DNA of 64,000 nucleotides, taken from the human T2T-CHM13v2.0 reference genome, Homo sapiens. This document shows positions 38,115 through 51,370 of the stretch, in pieces; the stretch's first letter is position 1; each line of letters starts with the position of its first letter. Both the position numbers and the translations under genes were made by a program. The notes under the pieces were generated by a model. The model saw only the letters and a list, made by a program, of their open reading frames with translations, searched no databases and had not been told where the DNA came from. The stretch lies in the NCBI RefSeq assembly GCF_009914755.1, contig NC_060925.1, one strand, 5' to 3'.

Positions 38115-41100
38115 AATTCTCAGTAACTTCCTTGTGTTGTGTGTATTCAACTGACAGAGTTGAACTTTCATTTAGAGAGAGCAGATTTGAAACACTGTTT
38201 TTGTGGAATTTGCAAGTGGAGATTTCAAGTGCTTTGGGGCCAAAGGCAGAAAAGGAAATATCTTCGTATAAAAACTAGACAGAATCATTCTCAGAAACTG
38301 CTGCATGATGTGTGCGTTCAACTCTCAGAGTTTAACTTTTCTTTTCATTCAGCAGTTTGGAAACACTCTGTTTGTAAAGTCTGCACGTGGAAATTTTGAC
38401 CACTTAGAGGCCTTCGTTGGAAACGGGTTTTTTTCATGTAAGGCTAGACAGAAGAATTCCCAGTAACTTCCTTGTGTTGTGTGCATTCAACTCACAGAGT
38501 TGAACGTTCCCTTAGACAGAGCAGATTTGAAACACTCTATTTGTGCAATTTGCAAGTGTAGTTTTCAAGCTCTTTTAGGTCAACGGCAGAAAAGGAAATA
38601 TCTTGGTTTCAAAACTAGACAGAATCATTCCCACAAACTGCGTTGTGATGTGTTCGTTCAACTCACAGAGTTTAACCTTTCTGTTCATAGAGCAGTTAGG
38701 AAACACTCTGTTTGTAAAGTCTGTAAGTGGATATTCTGACATCTTGTGGCCTTCGTTGGGAACGGGATTTCTTCATATTCTGCTAGACAGAAGAATTCTC
38801 AGTAACTTCCTTGTGTTGTGTGTATTCAACTCACAGAGTTGAACGATCCTTTACACAGAGCAGACTTGAAACATTCTTTTTGTGGAATTTGCAAGTGGAG
38901 ATTTCAGCCGCTTTGAGGTCAATGGTAGAATAGGAAATATCTTCATATAGAAACTAGACAGAACGATTCTCAGAAACTCCTTTGTGATGTGTGCGTTCAA
39001 CTCACAGAGTTTAACCTTTCTTTTCATAGAGCAGTTAGGAAACACTCTGTTTGTAAAGTCTGCAAGTGGATATTCAGACCTCTTTGAGGCCTTCGTTGGA
39101 AACGGGATTTCTTCATATTCTGCTAGACAGAAGAATTCTCAGTAACTTCCTTGTGTTGTGTGTATTCAACTCACAGAGTTGAACGATCCTTTACACAGAG
39201 CAGACTTGAAACACTCTTTTTGTGGAATTTGCAAGTGGAGATTTCAGCCGCTTTGAGGTCAATAGTAGAAAAGGAAATATCTTCGTAGAAAAACTAGACA
39301 GAATGATTCTCAGAAACTCCTTTGTGATGTGTGTGTTCAACTCACAGAGTTTAACCTTTCTTTTCATAGAGCAGTTAGGAAACGCTCTGTTTGTAAAGTC
39401 TGCAAGTGGATATTCAGACCTCGTTGAGACCTTCGTTGGAAACGGGATTTCTTCATATTCTGCTAGACAGAAGAATTCTCAGTAACTTCCTTGTGTTGTG
39501 TTTATTCAACTCACAGAGTTGAATGATCCTTTACACAGAGCAGACTTGAAACACTCTTTTTGTGGAATTTGCAAGTGGAGATTTCAGCCGCTTTGTGGTC
39601 AATGGTAGAAAAGGAAATATCTTCGTATAAAGACTAGACAGAATGATTCTCAGAAACTCCTTTGTGATGTGTGCGTTCAACTCACAGAGTTTAACCTTTC
39701 TGTTCATAGAGCTGTTAGGAAACACTCTGTTTGTAAAGTCTGCAAGTGGATATTCAGACCTCCTTGAGGCCTTCGTTGGAAACGGGATTTCTTCATATTC
39801 TGCTAGACAGAAGAATTCTCAGTAACTTCCTTGTGTTGTGTGTATTCAACTCACAGAGTTGAACGATCCTTTACACAGAGCAGACTTGAAACATTCTTTT
39901 TGTGGAATTTGCAAGTGGAGATTTCAGCCGCTTTGAGGTCAATGGTAGAATAGGAAATATCTTCCTATAGAAACTAGACAGAACGATTCTCAGAAACTCC
40001 TTTGTGATGTGTGCGTTCAACTCACAGAGTTTAACCTTTCTTTTCATAGAGCAGTTAGGAAACACTCTGTTTGTAAAGTCTGCAAGTGGATATTCAGACC
40101 TCTTTGAGGCCTTCGTTGGAAACGGGATTTCTTCATATTCTGCTAGACAGAAGAATTCTCAGTAACTTCCTTGTGTTGTGTGTATTCAACTCACAGAGTT
40201 GAACGATCCTTTACACAGAGCAGACTTGAAACACTCTTTTTGTGGAATTTGCAAGTGGAGATTTCAGCCGCTTTGAGGTCAATAGTAGAAAAGGAAATAT
40301 CTTCGTAGAAAAACTAGACAGAATGATTCTCAGAAACTCCTTTGTGATGTGTGTGTTCAACTCACAGAGTTTAACCTTTCTTTTCATAGAGCAGTTAGGA
40401 AACACTCTGTTTGTAAAGTCTGCAAGTGGATATTCAGACCTCGTTGAGGCCTTCGTTGGAAACGGGATTTCTTCATATTCTGCTAGACAGAAGAATTCTC
40501 AGTAACTTCCTTGTGTTGTGTTTATTCAACTCACAGAGTTGAATGATCCTTTACACAGAGTAGACTTGAAACACTCTTTTTGTGGAATTTGCAAGTGGAG
40601 ATTTCAGCCGCTTTGTGGTCAATGGTAGAAAAGGAAATATCTTCGTATAAAGACTAGACAGAATGATTCTCAGAAACTCCTTTGTGATGTGTGCGTTCAA
40701 CTCACAGAGTTTAACCTTTCTGTTCATAGAGCTGTTAGGAAACACTCTGTTTGTAAAGTCTGTAAGTGGATATTCAGACCTCCTTGAGGCCTTCGTTGGA
40801 AACGGGATTTCTTCATATTCTGCTAGACAGAAGAATTCTCAGTAACTTCCTTGTGTTGTGTGTATTCAACTCACAGAGTTGAACGATCCTTTACACAGAG
40901 CAGACTTGAAACACTCTTTTTGTGGAATTTGCAAGTGGAGATTTCAGCCGCTTTGAGGTCAATGGTAGAAAAGGAAATATCTTCGTATAAAGACTAGACA
41001 GAATGATTCTCAGAAACTCCTTTGTGATGTGTGCGTTCAACTCACAGAGTTTAACTTTTCTTTTCATAGAGCAGTTAGGAAAAACTCTGTTTGTAAAGTC

Positions 41101-41853
41101 TGCAAGTGGATATTCAGACCTCTTTGAGGCCTTCGTTGGAAACGGGATTTCTTCATATTATGCTAGACAGAAGAATTCTCAGTAACTTCCTTGTGTTGTG
41201 TGTATTCAACTCACAGAGTTGAACGATCCTTTACACAGAGCAGACTAGAAACATTCTTTTTGTGGAATTTGCAAGTGGAGATTTCAGCCGCTTTGAGGTC
41301 AATGGTAGAATAGGAAATATCTTCCTATAGAAACTAGACAGAACGATTCTCAGAAACTCCTTTGTGATGTGTGCGTTCAACTCACAGAGTTTAACCTTTC
41401 TTTTCATAGAGCAGTTAGGAAACACTCTGTTTGTAAAGTCTGCAAGTGGATATTCAGACCTCTTTGAGGCCTTCGTTGGAAACGGGATTTCTTCATATTC
41501 TGCTAGACAGAAGAATTCTCAGTAACTTCCTTGTGTTGTGTGTATTCAACTCACAGAGTTGAACGATCCTTTACACAGAGCAGACTTGAAACACTCTATT
41601 TGTAGAATTTGCAAGTGGAGATTTCAGCCGCTTTGAGGTCAGTAGTAGAAAAGGAAATATCTTCGTGGAAAAACTAGACAGAATGATTCTCAGAAACTCC
41701 TTTGTGATGTGTGTGTTCAACTCACAGAGTTTAACCTTTCTTTTCATAGAGCAGTTAGTAAACACTCTGTTTATAAAGTCTGCAAGTGGATATTCAGACC
41801 CCTTTGAGGCCTTCGTTGGAAACGGGATTTCTTCATATTATGCTAGACAGAAG
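38115..41853 (+). repeat. HOR variant, 22-mer (3739 bp): XY-(A-B-C)x2-E-F-D
   Basis: Anchor spacing 38139->41878; paralog of 12283-16021. Confidence 0.85.
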
Positions 41854-43892
41854 AATTCTCAGTAACTTCCTTGTGTTGTGTGTATTCAACTGACAGAGTT
41901 GAACTTTCATTTAGAGAGAGCAGATTTGAAACACTGTTTTTGTGGAATTTGCAAGTGGAGATTTCAAGCGCTTTGGGGCCAAAGGCAGAAAAGGAAATAT
42001 CTTCGTATAAAAACTAGACAGAATCATTCTCAGAAACTGCTGCGTGATGTGTGCGTTCAACTCTCAGAGTTTAACTTTTCTTTTCATTCAGCGGTTTGGA
42101 AACACTCTGTTTGTAAAGTCTGCACGTGGAAATTTTGACCACTTAGAGGCCTTCGTTGGAAACGGGTTTTTTTCATGTAAGGCTAGACAGAAGAATTCCC
42201 AGTAACTTCCTTGTGTTGTGTGCATTCAACTCACAGAGTTGAACGTTCCCTTAGACAGAGCAGATTTGAAACAGTCTATTTGTGCAATTTGCAAGTGTAG
42301 TTTTCAAGCTCTTTTAGGTCAACGGCAGAAAAGGAAATATCTTGGTTTCAAAACTAGACAGAATCATTCCCACAAACTGCGTTGTGATGTGTTCGTTCAA
42401 CTCACAGAGTTTAACCTTTCTGTTCATAGAGCAGTTAGGAAACACTCTGTTTGTAAAGTCTGTAAGTGGATATTCTGACATCTTGTGGCCTTCGTTGGGA
42501 ACGGGATTTCTTCATATTCTGCTAGACAGAAGAATTCTCAGTAACTTCCTTGTGTTGTGTGTATTCAACTCACAGAGTTGAACGATCCTTTACACAGAGC
42601 AGACTTGAAACATTCTTTTTGTGGAATTTGCAAGTGGAGATTTCAGCCGCTTTGAGGTCAATGGTAGAATAGGAAATATCTTCCTATAGAAACTAGACAG
42701 AACGATTCTCAGAAACTCCTTTGTGATGTGTGCGTTCAACTCACAGAGTTTAACCTTTCTTTTCATAGAGCAGTTAGGAAACACTCTGTTTGTAAAGTCT
42801 GCAAGTGGATATTCAGACCTCTTTGAGGCCTTCGTTGGAAACGGGATTTCTTCATATTCTGCTAGACAGAAGAATTCTCAGTAACTTCCTTGTGTTGTGT
42901 GTATTCAACTCACAGAGTTGAACGATCCTTTACACAGAGCAGACTTGAAACACTCTTTTTGTGGAATTTGCAAGTGGAGATTTCAGCCGCTTTGAGGTCA
43001 ATAGTAGAAAAGGAAATATCTTCGTAGAAAAACTAGACAGAATGATTCTCAGAAACTCCTTTGTGATGTGTGTGTTCAACTCACAGAGTTTAACCTTTCT
43101 TTTCATAGAGCAGTTAGGAAACACTCTGTTTGTAAAGTCTGCAAGTGGATATTCAGACCTCGTTGAGACCTTCGTTGGAAACGGGATTTCTTCATATTCT
43201 GCTAGACAGAAGAATTCTCAGTAACTTCCTTGTGTTGTGTTTATTCAACTCACAGAATTGAATGATCCTTTACACAGAGCAGACTTGAAACACTCTTTTT
43301 GTGGAATTTGCAAGTGGAGATTTCAGCCGCTTTGTGGTCAATGGTAGAAAAGGAAATATCTTCGTATAAAGACTAGACAGAATGATTCTCAGAAACTCCT
43401 TTGTGATGTGTGCGTTCAACTCACAGAGTTTAACCTTTCTGTTCATAGAGCTGTTAGGAAACACTCTGTTTGTAAAGTCTGCAAGTGGATATTCAGACCT
43501 CCTTGAGGCCTTCGTTGGAAACGGGATTTCTTCATATTCTGCTAGACAGAAGAATTCTCAGTAACTTCCTTGTGTTGTGTGTATTCAACTCACAGAGTTG
43601 AACGATCCTTTACACAGAGCAGACTTGAAACACTCTATTTGTAGAATTTGCAAGTGGAGATTTCAGCCGCTTTGAGGTCAGTAGTAGAAAAGGAAATATC
43701 TTCGTGGAAAAACTAGACAGAATGATTCTCAGAAACTCCTTTGTGATGTGTGTGTTCAACTCACAGAGTTTAACCTTTCTTTTCATAGAGCAGTTAGTAA
43801 ACACTCTGTTTATAAAGTCTGCAAGTGGATATTCAGACCCCTTTGAGGCCTTCGTTGGAAACGGGATTTCTTCATATTATGCTAGACAGAAG
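41854..43892 (+). repeat. HOR variant, 12-mer (2039 bp): XY-A-B-C-D
   Basis: Anchor spacing 41878->43917. Confidence 0.85.
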
Positions 43893-46611
43893 AATTCTCA
43901 GTAACTTCCTTGTGTTGTGTGTATTCAACTGACAGAGTTGAACTTTCATTTAGAGAGAGCAGATTTGAAACACTGTTTTTGTGGAATTTGCAAGTGGAGA
44001 TTTCAAGCGCTTTGGGGCCAAAGGCAGAAAAGTAAATATCTTCGTATAAAAACTAGACAGAATCATTCTCAGAAACTGCTGCGTGATGTGTGCGTTCAAC
44101 TCTCAGAGTTTAACTTTTCTTTTCATTCAGCGGTTTGGAAACACTCTGTTTGTAAAGTCTGCACGTGGAAATTTTGACCACTTAGAGGCCTTCGTTGGAA
44201 ACGGGTTTTTTTCATGTAAGGCTAGACAGAAGAATTCCCAGTAACTTCCTTGTGTTGTGTGCATTCAACTCACAGAGTTGAACGTTCCCTTAGACAGAGC
44301 AGATTTGAAACACTCTATTTGTGCAATTTGCAAGTGTAGTTTTCAAGCTCTTTTAGGTCAACGGCAGAAAAGGAAATATCTTGGTTTCAAAACTAGACAG
44401 AATGATTCCCACAAACTGCGTTGTGATGTGTTCGTTCAACTCACAGAGTTTAACCTTTCTGTTCATAGAGCAGTTAGGAAACACTCTGTTTGTAAAGTCT
44501 GTAAGTGGATATTCTGACATCTTGTGGCCTTCGTTGGGAACGGGATTTCTTCATATTCTGCTAGACAGAAGAATTCTCAGTAACTTCCTTGTGTTGTGTG
44601 TATTCAACTCACAGAGTTGAACGATCCTTTACACAGAGCAGACTTGAAACATTCTTTTTGTGGAATTTGCAAGTGGAGATTTCAGCCGCTTTGAGGTCAA
44701 TGGTAGAATAGGAAATATCTTCATATAGAAACTAGACAGAACGATTCTCAGAAACTCCTTTGTGATGTGTGCGTTCAACTCACAGAGTTTAACCTTTCTT
44801 TTCATAGAGCAGTTAGGAAACACTCTGTTTGTAAAGTCTGCAAGTGGATATTCAGACCTCTTTGAGGCCTTCGTTGGAAACGGGATTTCTTCATATTCTG
44901 CTAGACAGAAGAATTCTCAGTAACTTCCTTGTGTTGTGTGTATTCAACTCACAGAGTTGAACGATCCTTTACACAGAGCAGACTTGAAACACTCTTTTTG
45001 TGGAATTTGCAATTGGAGATTTCAGCCGCTTTGAGGTCAATAGTAGAAAAGGAAATATCTTCGTAGAAAAACTAGACAGAATGATTCTCAGAAACTCCTT
45101 TGTGATGTGTGTGTTCAACTCACAGAGTTTAACCTTTCTTTTCATAGAGCAGTTAGGAAACACTCTGTTTGTAAAGTCTGCAAGTGGATATTCAGACCTC
45201 GTTGAGACCTTCGTTGGAAACGGGATTTCTTCATGTTCTGCTAGACAGAAGAATTCTCAGTAACTTCCTTGTGTTGTGTTTATTCAACTCACAGAATTGA
45301 ACGATCCTTTACACAGAGCAGACTTGAAACACTCTTTTTGTGGAATTTGCAAGTGGAGATTTCAGCCGCTTTGTGGTCAATGGTAGAAAAGGAAATATCT
45401 TCGTATAAAGACTAGACAGAATGATTCTCAGAAACTCCTTTGTGATGTGTGCGTTCAACTCACAGAGTTTAACCTTTCTGTTCATAGAGCTGTTAGGAAA
45501 CACTCTGTTTGTAAAGTCTGCAAGTGGATATTCAGACCTCCTTGAGGCCTTCGTTGGAAACGGGATTTCTTCATATTCTGCTAGACAGAAGAATTCTCAG
45601 TAACTTCCTTGTGTTGTGTGTATTCAACTCACAGAGTTGAACGATCCTTTACACAGAGCAGACTTGAAACACTCTTTTTGTGGAATTTGCAAGTGGAGAT
45701 TTCAGCCGCTTTGTGGTCAATGGTAGAAAAGGAAATATCTTCGTATAAAGACTAGACAGAATGATTCTCAGAAACTCCTTTGTGATGTGTGCGTTCAACT
45801 CACAGAGTTTAACCTTTCTGTTCATAGAGCTGTTAGGAAACACTCTGTTTGTAAAGTCTGCAAGTGGATATTCAGACCTCCTTGAGGCCTTCGTTGGAAA
45901 CGGGATTTCTTCATATTCTGCTAGACAGAAGAATTCTGAGTAACTTCCTTGTGTTGTGTGTATTCAACTCACAGAGTTGAACGATCCTTTACACAGAGCA
46001 GACTTGAAACACTCTTTTTGTGGAATTTGCAAGTGGAGATTTCAGCCGCTTTGAGGTCAATGGTAGAAAAGGAAATATCTTCGTATAAAGACTAGACAGA
46101 ATGATTCTCAGAAACTCCTTTGTGATGTGTGCGTTCAACTCACAGAGTTTAACCTTTCTGTTCATAGAGCAGTTAGGAAACACTCTGTTTGTAAAGTCTG
46201 CAAGTGGATATTCAGACCTCCTAGAGGCCTTCGTTGGAAACGGGATTTCTTCCTATTCTGCTAGACAGAAGAATTCTCAGTAACTTCCTTGTGTTGTGTG
46301 TATTCAACGCACAGAGTTGAACGATCCTTTACACAGAGCAGACTTGAAACACTCTTTTTGTGGAATTTGCAAGTGGAGATTTCAGCTGCTTTCAGGTCAA
46401 TAGTAGAAAAGGAAATATCTTCGTAGAAAAACTAGACAGAATGATTCTCAGAAACTCCTTTGTGATGTGTGTGTTCAACTCACAGAGTTTAACCTTTCTT
46501 TTCATAGAGCAGTTAGTAAACACTCTGTTTATAAAGTCTGCAAGTGGATATTCAGACCCCTTTGAGGCCTTCGTTGGAAACGGGATTTCTTCATATTATG
46601 CTAGACAGAAT
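43893..46611 (+). repeat. HOR variant, 16-mer (2719 bp), paralog of 20101-22819
   Basis: Anchor spacing 43917->46636; shares private SNVs with its paralog. Confidence 0.85.
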
Positions 46612-49600
46612 AATTCTCAGTAACTTCCTTGTGTTGTGTGTATTCAACTGACAGAGTTGAACGTTCATTTAGAGAGAGCAGATTTGAAACACTGTTTTTG
46701 TGGAATTTGCAATTGGAGATTTCAAGCGCTTTGGGGCCAAAGGCAGAAAAGGAAATATCTTCGTATAAAAACTAGACAGAATCATTCTCAGAAACTGCTG
46801 CGTGATGTGTGCGTTCAACTCTCAGAGTTTAACTTTTCTTTTCATTCAGCGGTTTGGAAACATTCTGTTTGTAAAGTCTGCACGTGGATATTTTGACCAC
46901 TTAGAGGCCTTCTTTGGAAACGGGTTTTTTTCATGTAAGGCTAGACAGAAGAATTCCCAGTAACTTCCTTGTGTTGTGTGCATTCAACTCACAGAGTTGA
47001 ACGTTCCCTTAGACAGAGCAGATTTGAAACACTCTATTTGTGCAATTTGCAAGTGTAGATTTCAAGCGCTTTAAGGTCAATGGCAGAAAAGGAAATATCT
47101 TCGTTTCAAAACTAGACAGAATCATTCCCACAAACTGCGTTGTGATGTGTTCGTTCAACTCACAGAGTTTAACCTTTCTGTTCATAGAGCAGTTAAGAAA
47201 CACTCTGTTTGTAAAGTCTGCAAGTGGATATTCAGACCTCCTAGAGGCCTTCGTTGGAAACGGGATTTCTTCATATTCTGCTAGACAGAAGAATTCTCAG
47301 TAACTTCCTTGTGTTGTGTGTATTCAACGCACAGAGTTGAACGATCCTTTACACAGAGCAGACTTGAAACACTCTTTTTGTGGAATTTGCAAGTGGAGAT
47401 TTCAGCCGCTTTGAGGTCAATGGTCGAAAAGGAAACTATCTTCATATAAAGACTAGACAGAATGATTCTCAGAAAATCTTTTGTGATGTGTGCGTTCAAC
47501 TCACAGAGTTTAACTTTTCTTCTCATAGAGCAGTTAGGAAACACTCTGTTTGTAAAGTCTGCAAGTGGATATTCAGACCTCTTTGAGGTCTTCGTTGGAA
47601 ACGGGATTTCTTCATATTATGCTAGACAGAATAATTCTCAGTAACTTCCTTGTGTTGTGTGTATTCAACTCACAGAGTTGAAGGATCCTTTACAGAGAGC
47701 AGGCTTGAAACACTCTTTTTGTGGAATTTGCAAGTGGAGATTTCAGCCGCTTTGAGGTCAATGGTAGAATAGGAAATATCTTCCTATAGAAACTAGACAG
47801 AACGATTCTCAGAAACTCCTTTGTGATGTGTGCGTTCAACTCACAGAGTTTAACCTTTCTATTCATAGAGCAGTTAGGAAACACTCTGTTTGTAAAGTCT
47901 GCAAGTGGATATTCAGACCTCTTTGAGGCCTTCGTTGGAAACGGGATTTCTTCATATTCTGCTAGACAGAAGAATTCTCAGTAACTTCCTTGTGTTGTGT
48001 GTATTCAACTCACAGAGTTGAACGATCCTTTACACAGAGCAGACTTGAAACACTCTTTTTGTGGAATTTGCAAGTGGAGATTTCAGCCGCTTTGTGGTCA
48101 ATGGTAGAAAAGGAAATATCTTCGTATAAAGACTAGACAGAATGATTCTCAGAAACTCCTTTGTGATGTGTGCGTTCAACTCACAGAGTTTAACCTTTCT
48201 GTTCATAGAGCAGTTAGGAAACACTCTGTTTGTAAAGTCTGCAAGTGGATATTCAGACCTCTTTGAGGCCTTCGTTGGAAACGGGATTTCTTCATATTAT
48301 GCTAGACAGAAGAATTCTCAGTAACTTCCTTGTGTTGTGTGTATTCAACTCACAGAGTTGAAAGATCCTTTACACAGAGCAGACTAGAAACATTCTTTTT
48401 GTGGAATTTGCAAGTGGAGATTTCAGCCGCTTTGAGGTCAATGGTAGAATAGGAAATATCTTCCTATAGAAACTAGACAGAACGATTCTCAGAAACTCCT
48501 TTGTGATGTGTGCGTTCAACTCACAGAGTTTAACCTTTCTTTTCCTAGAGCAGTTAGGAAACACTCTGTTTGTAAAGTCTGCAAGTGGATATTCAGACCT
48601 CTTTGAGGCCTTCGTTGGAAACGGGATTTCTTCATATTATGCTAGACAGAATAATTCTCAGTAACTTCCTTGTGTTGTGTGTATTCAACTCACAGAGTTG
48701 AAGGATCCTTTACAGAGAGCAGGCTTGAAACATTCTTTTTGTCGAATTTGCAAGTGGAGATTTCAGCCGCTTTGAGGTCAATGGTAGAATAGGAAATATC
48801 TTCTTATAGAAACTAGACAGAATGATTCTCATAAACTCCTTTGTGATGTGTGCGTTCAACTCACAGAGTTTAACCTTTCTTTTCATAGAGCAGTTAGGAA
48901 ACACTCTGTTTGTAAAGTCTGCAAGTGGATATTCAGACCTCCTTGAGGCCTTCGTTGGAAACGGGATTTCTTCATATTCTGCTAGACAGAAGAATTCTCA
49001 GTAACTTCCTTGTGTTGTGTTTATTCAACTCACAGAGTTGAATGATCCTTTACACAGAGCAGACTTGAAACACTCTTTTTGTGGAATTTGCAAGTGGAGA
49101 TTTCAGCCGCTTTGAAGTCAATGGAAGAAAAGTAAATATCTTCGTATAAAGACTGGACAGAATGATTCTCAGAAACTCCTTTGTGATGTGTGCGTTCAAC
49201 TCACAGAGTTTAACCTTTCTGTTCATAGAGCAGTTAGGAAACACTCTGTTCGTAAAGTCTGTAAGTGGATATTCTGACATCTTGTGGCCTTCGTTGGAAA
49301 CGGGATTTCTTCATATTCTGCTAGACAGAAGAATTCTCAGTAACTTCCTTGTGTTGTGTGTATTCAACTCACAGAGTTGAACGATCCTTTACACAGAGCA
49401 GACTTGAAACACTCTATTTGTAGAATTTGCAAGTGGAGATTTCAGCCGCTTTGAGGTCAATAGTAGAAAAGGAAATATCTTCGTAGAAAAACTAGACAGA
49501 ATGATTCTCAGAAACTCCTTTGTGATGTGTGTGTTCAACTCACAGAGTTTAACGTTTCTTTTCATAGAGTAGTTAGTAAACACTCTGTTTATAAAGTCTG

Positions 49601-49671
49601 CAAGTGGATATTCAGACCCCTTTGAGGCCTTCGTTGGAAACGGGATTTCTTCATATTATGCTAGACAGAAG
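46612..49671 (+). repeat. HOR variant, 18-mer (3060 bp): X'Y'-G-H-C/E-F-H-C/Y hybrid-D
   Basis: Anchor spacing 46636->49696. Confidence 0.82.
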
Positions 49672-51370
49672 AATTCTCAGTAACTTCCTTGTGTTGTGTG
49701 TATTCAACTGACAGAGTTGAACTTTCATTTAGAGAGAGCAGATTTGAAACACTGTTTTTGTGGAATTTGCAAGTGGAGATTTCAAGCGCTTTGGGGCCAA
49801 AGGCAGAAAAGGAAATATCTTCGTATAAAAACTAGACAGAATCATTCTCAGAAACTGCTGCGTGATGTGTGCGTTCAACTCTCAGAGTTTAACTTTTCTT
49901 TTCATTCAGCGGTTTGGAAACACTCTGTTTGTAAAGTCTGCACGTGGAAATTTTGACCACTTAGAGGCCTTCGTTGGAAACGGGTTTTTTTCATGTAAGG
50001 CTAGACAGAAGAATTCCCAGTAACTTCCTTGTGTTGTGTGCATTCAACTCACAGAGTTGAACGTTCCCTTAGACAGAGCAGATTTGAAACACTCTATTTG
50101 TGCAATTTGCAAGTGTAGTTTTCAAGCTCTTTAAGGTCAACGGCAGAAAAGGAAATATCTTGGTTTCAAAACTAGACAGAATCATTCCCACAAACTGCGT
50201 TGTGATGTGTTCGTTCAACTCACAGAGTTTAACCTTTCTGTTCATAGAGCAGTTAGGAAACACTCTGTTTGTAAAGTCTGTAAGTGGATATTCAGACATC
50301 TTGTGGCCTTCGTTGGAAACGGGATTTCTTCATATTCTGCTAGACAGAAGAATTCTCAGTAACTTCCTTGTGTTGTGTGTATTCAACTCACAGAGTTGAA
50401 CGATCCTTTACACAGAGTAGACTTGAAACACTCTTTTTGTGGAATTTGCAAGTGGAGATTTCAGCCGCTTTGTGGTCAATGGTAGAAAAGGAAATATCTT
50501 CGTATAAAGACTAGACAGAATGATTCTCAGAAACTCCTTTGTGATGTGTGCGTTCAACTCACAGAGTTTAACCTTTCTTTTCATAGAGCAGTTAGGAAAC
50601 CCTCTGTTTGTAAAGTCTGCAAGTGGATATTCAGACCTCTTTGAGGCCTTCGTTGGAAACGGGATTTCTTCATATTATGCTAGACAGAAGAATTCTCAGT
50701 AACTTCCTTGTGTTGTGTGTATTCAGCTCACAGAGTTGAAAGATCCTTTACACAGAGCAGACTAGAAACATTCTTTTTGTGGAATTTGCAAGTGGAGATT
50801 TCAGCCGCTTTGAGGTCAATGGTAGAATAGGAAATATCTTCCTATAGAAACTAGACAGAACGATTCTCAGAAACTCCTTTGTGATGTGTGCGTTCAACTC
50901 ACAGAGTTTAACCTTTCTTTTCATAGAGCAGTTAGGAAACACTCTGTTTGTAAAGTCTGCAAGTGGATATTCAGACCTCTTTGAGGCTTTCGTTGGAAAC
51001 GGGATTTCTTCCTATTCTGCTAGACAGAAGAATTCTCAGTAACTTCCTTGTGTTGTGTGTATTCAACTCACAGAGTTGAACGATCCTTTACACAGAGCAG
51101 ACTTGAAACACTCTTTTTGTGGAATTTGCAAGTGGAGATTTCAGCCGCTTTGAGGTCAATAGTAGAAAAGGAAATATCTTCGTAGAAAAACTAGACAGAA
51201 TGATTCTCAGAAACTCCTTTGTGATGTGTGTGTTCAACTCACAGAGTTTAACCTTTCTTTTCATAGAGCAGTTAGTAAACACTCTGTTTATAAAGTCTGC
51301 AAGTGGATATTTAGACCCCTTTGAGGCCTTCGTTGGAAACGGGATTTCTTCATATTATGCTAGACAGAAG
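49672..51370 (+). repeat. HOR variant, 10-mer (1699 bp): XY-C/E-F-D
   Basis: Anchor spacing 49696->51395. Confidence 0.85.
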
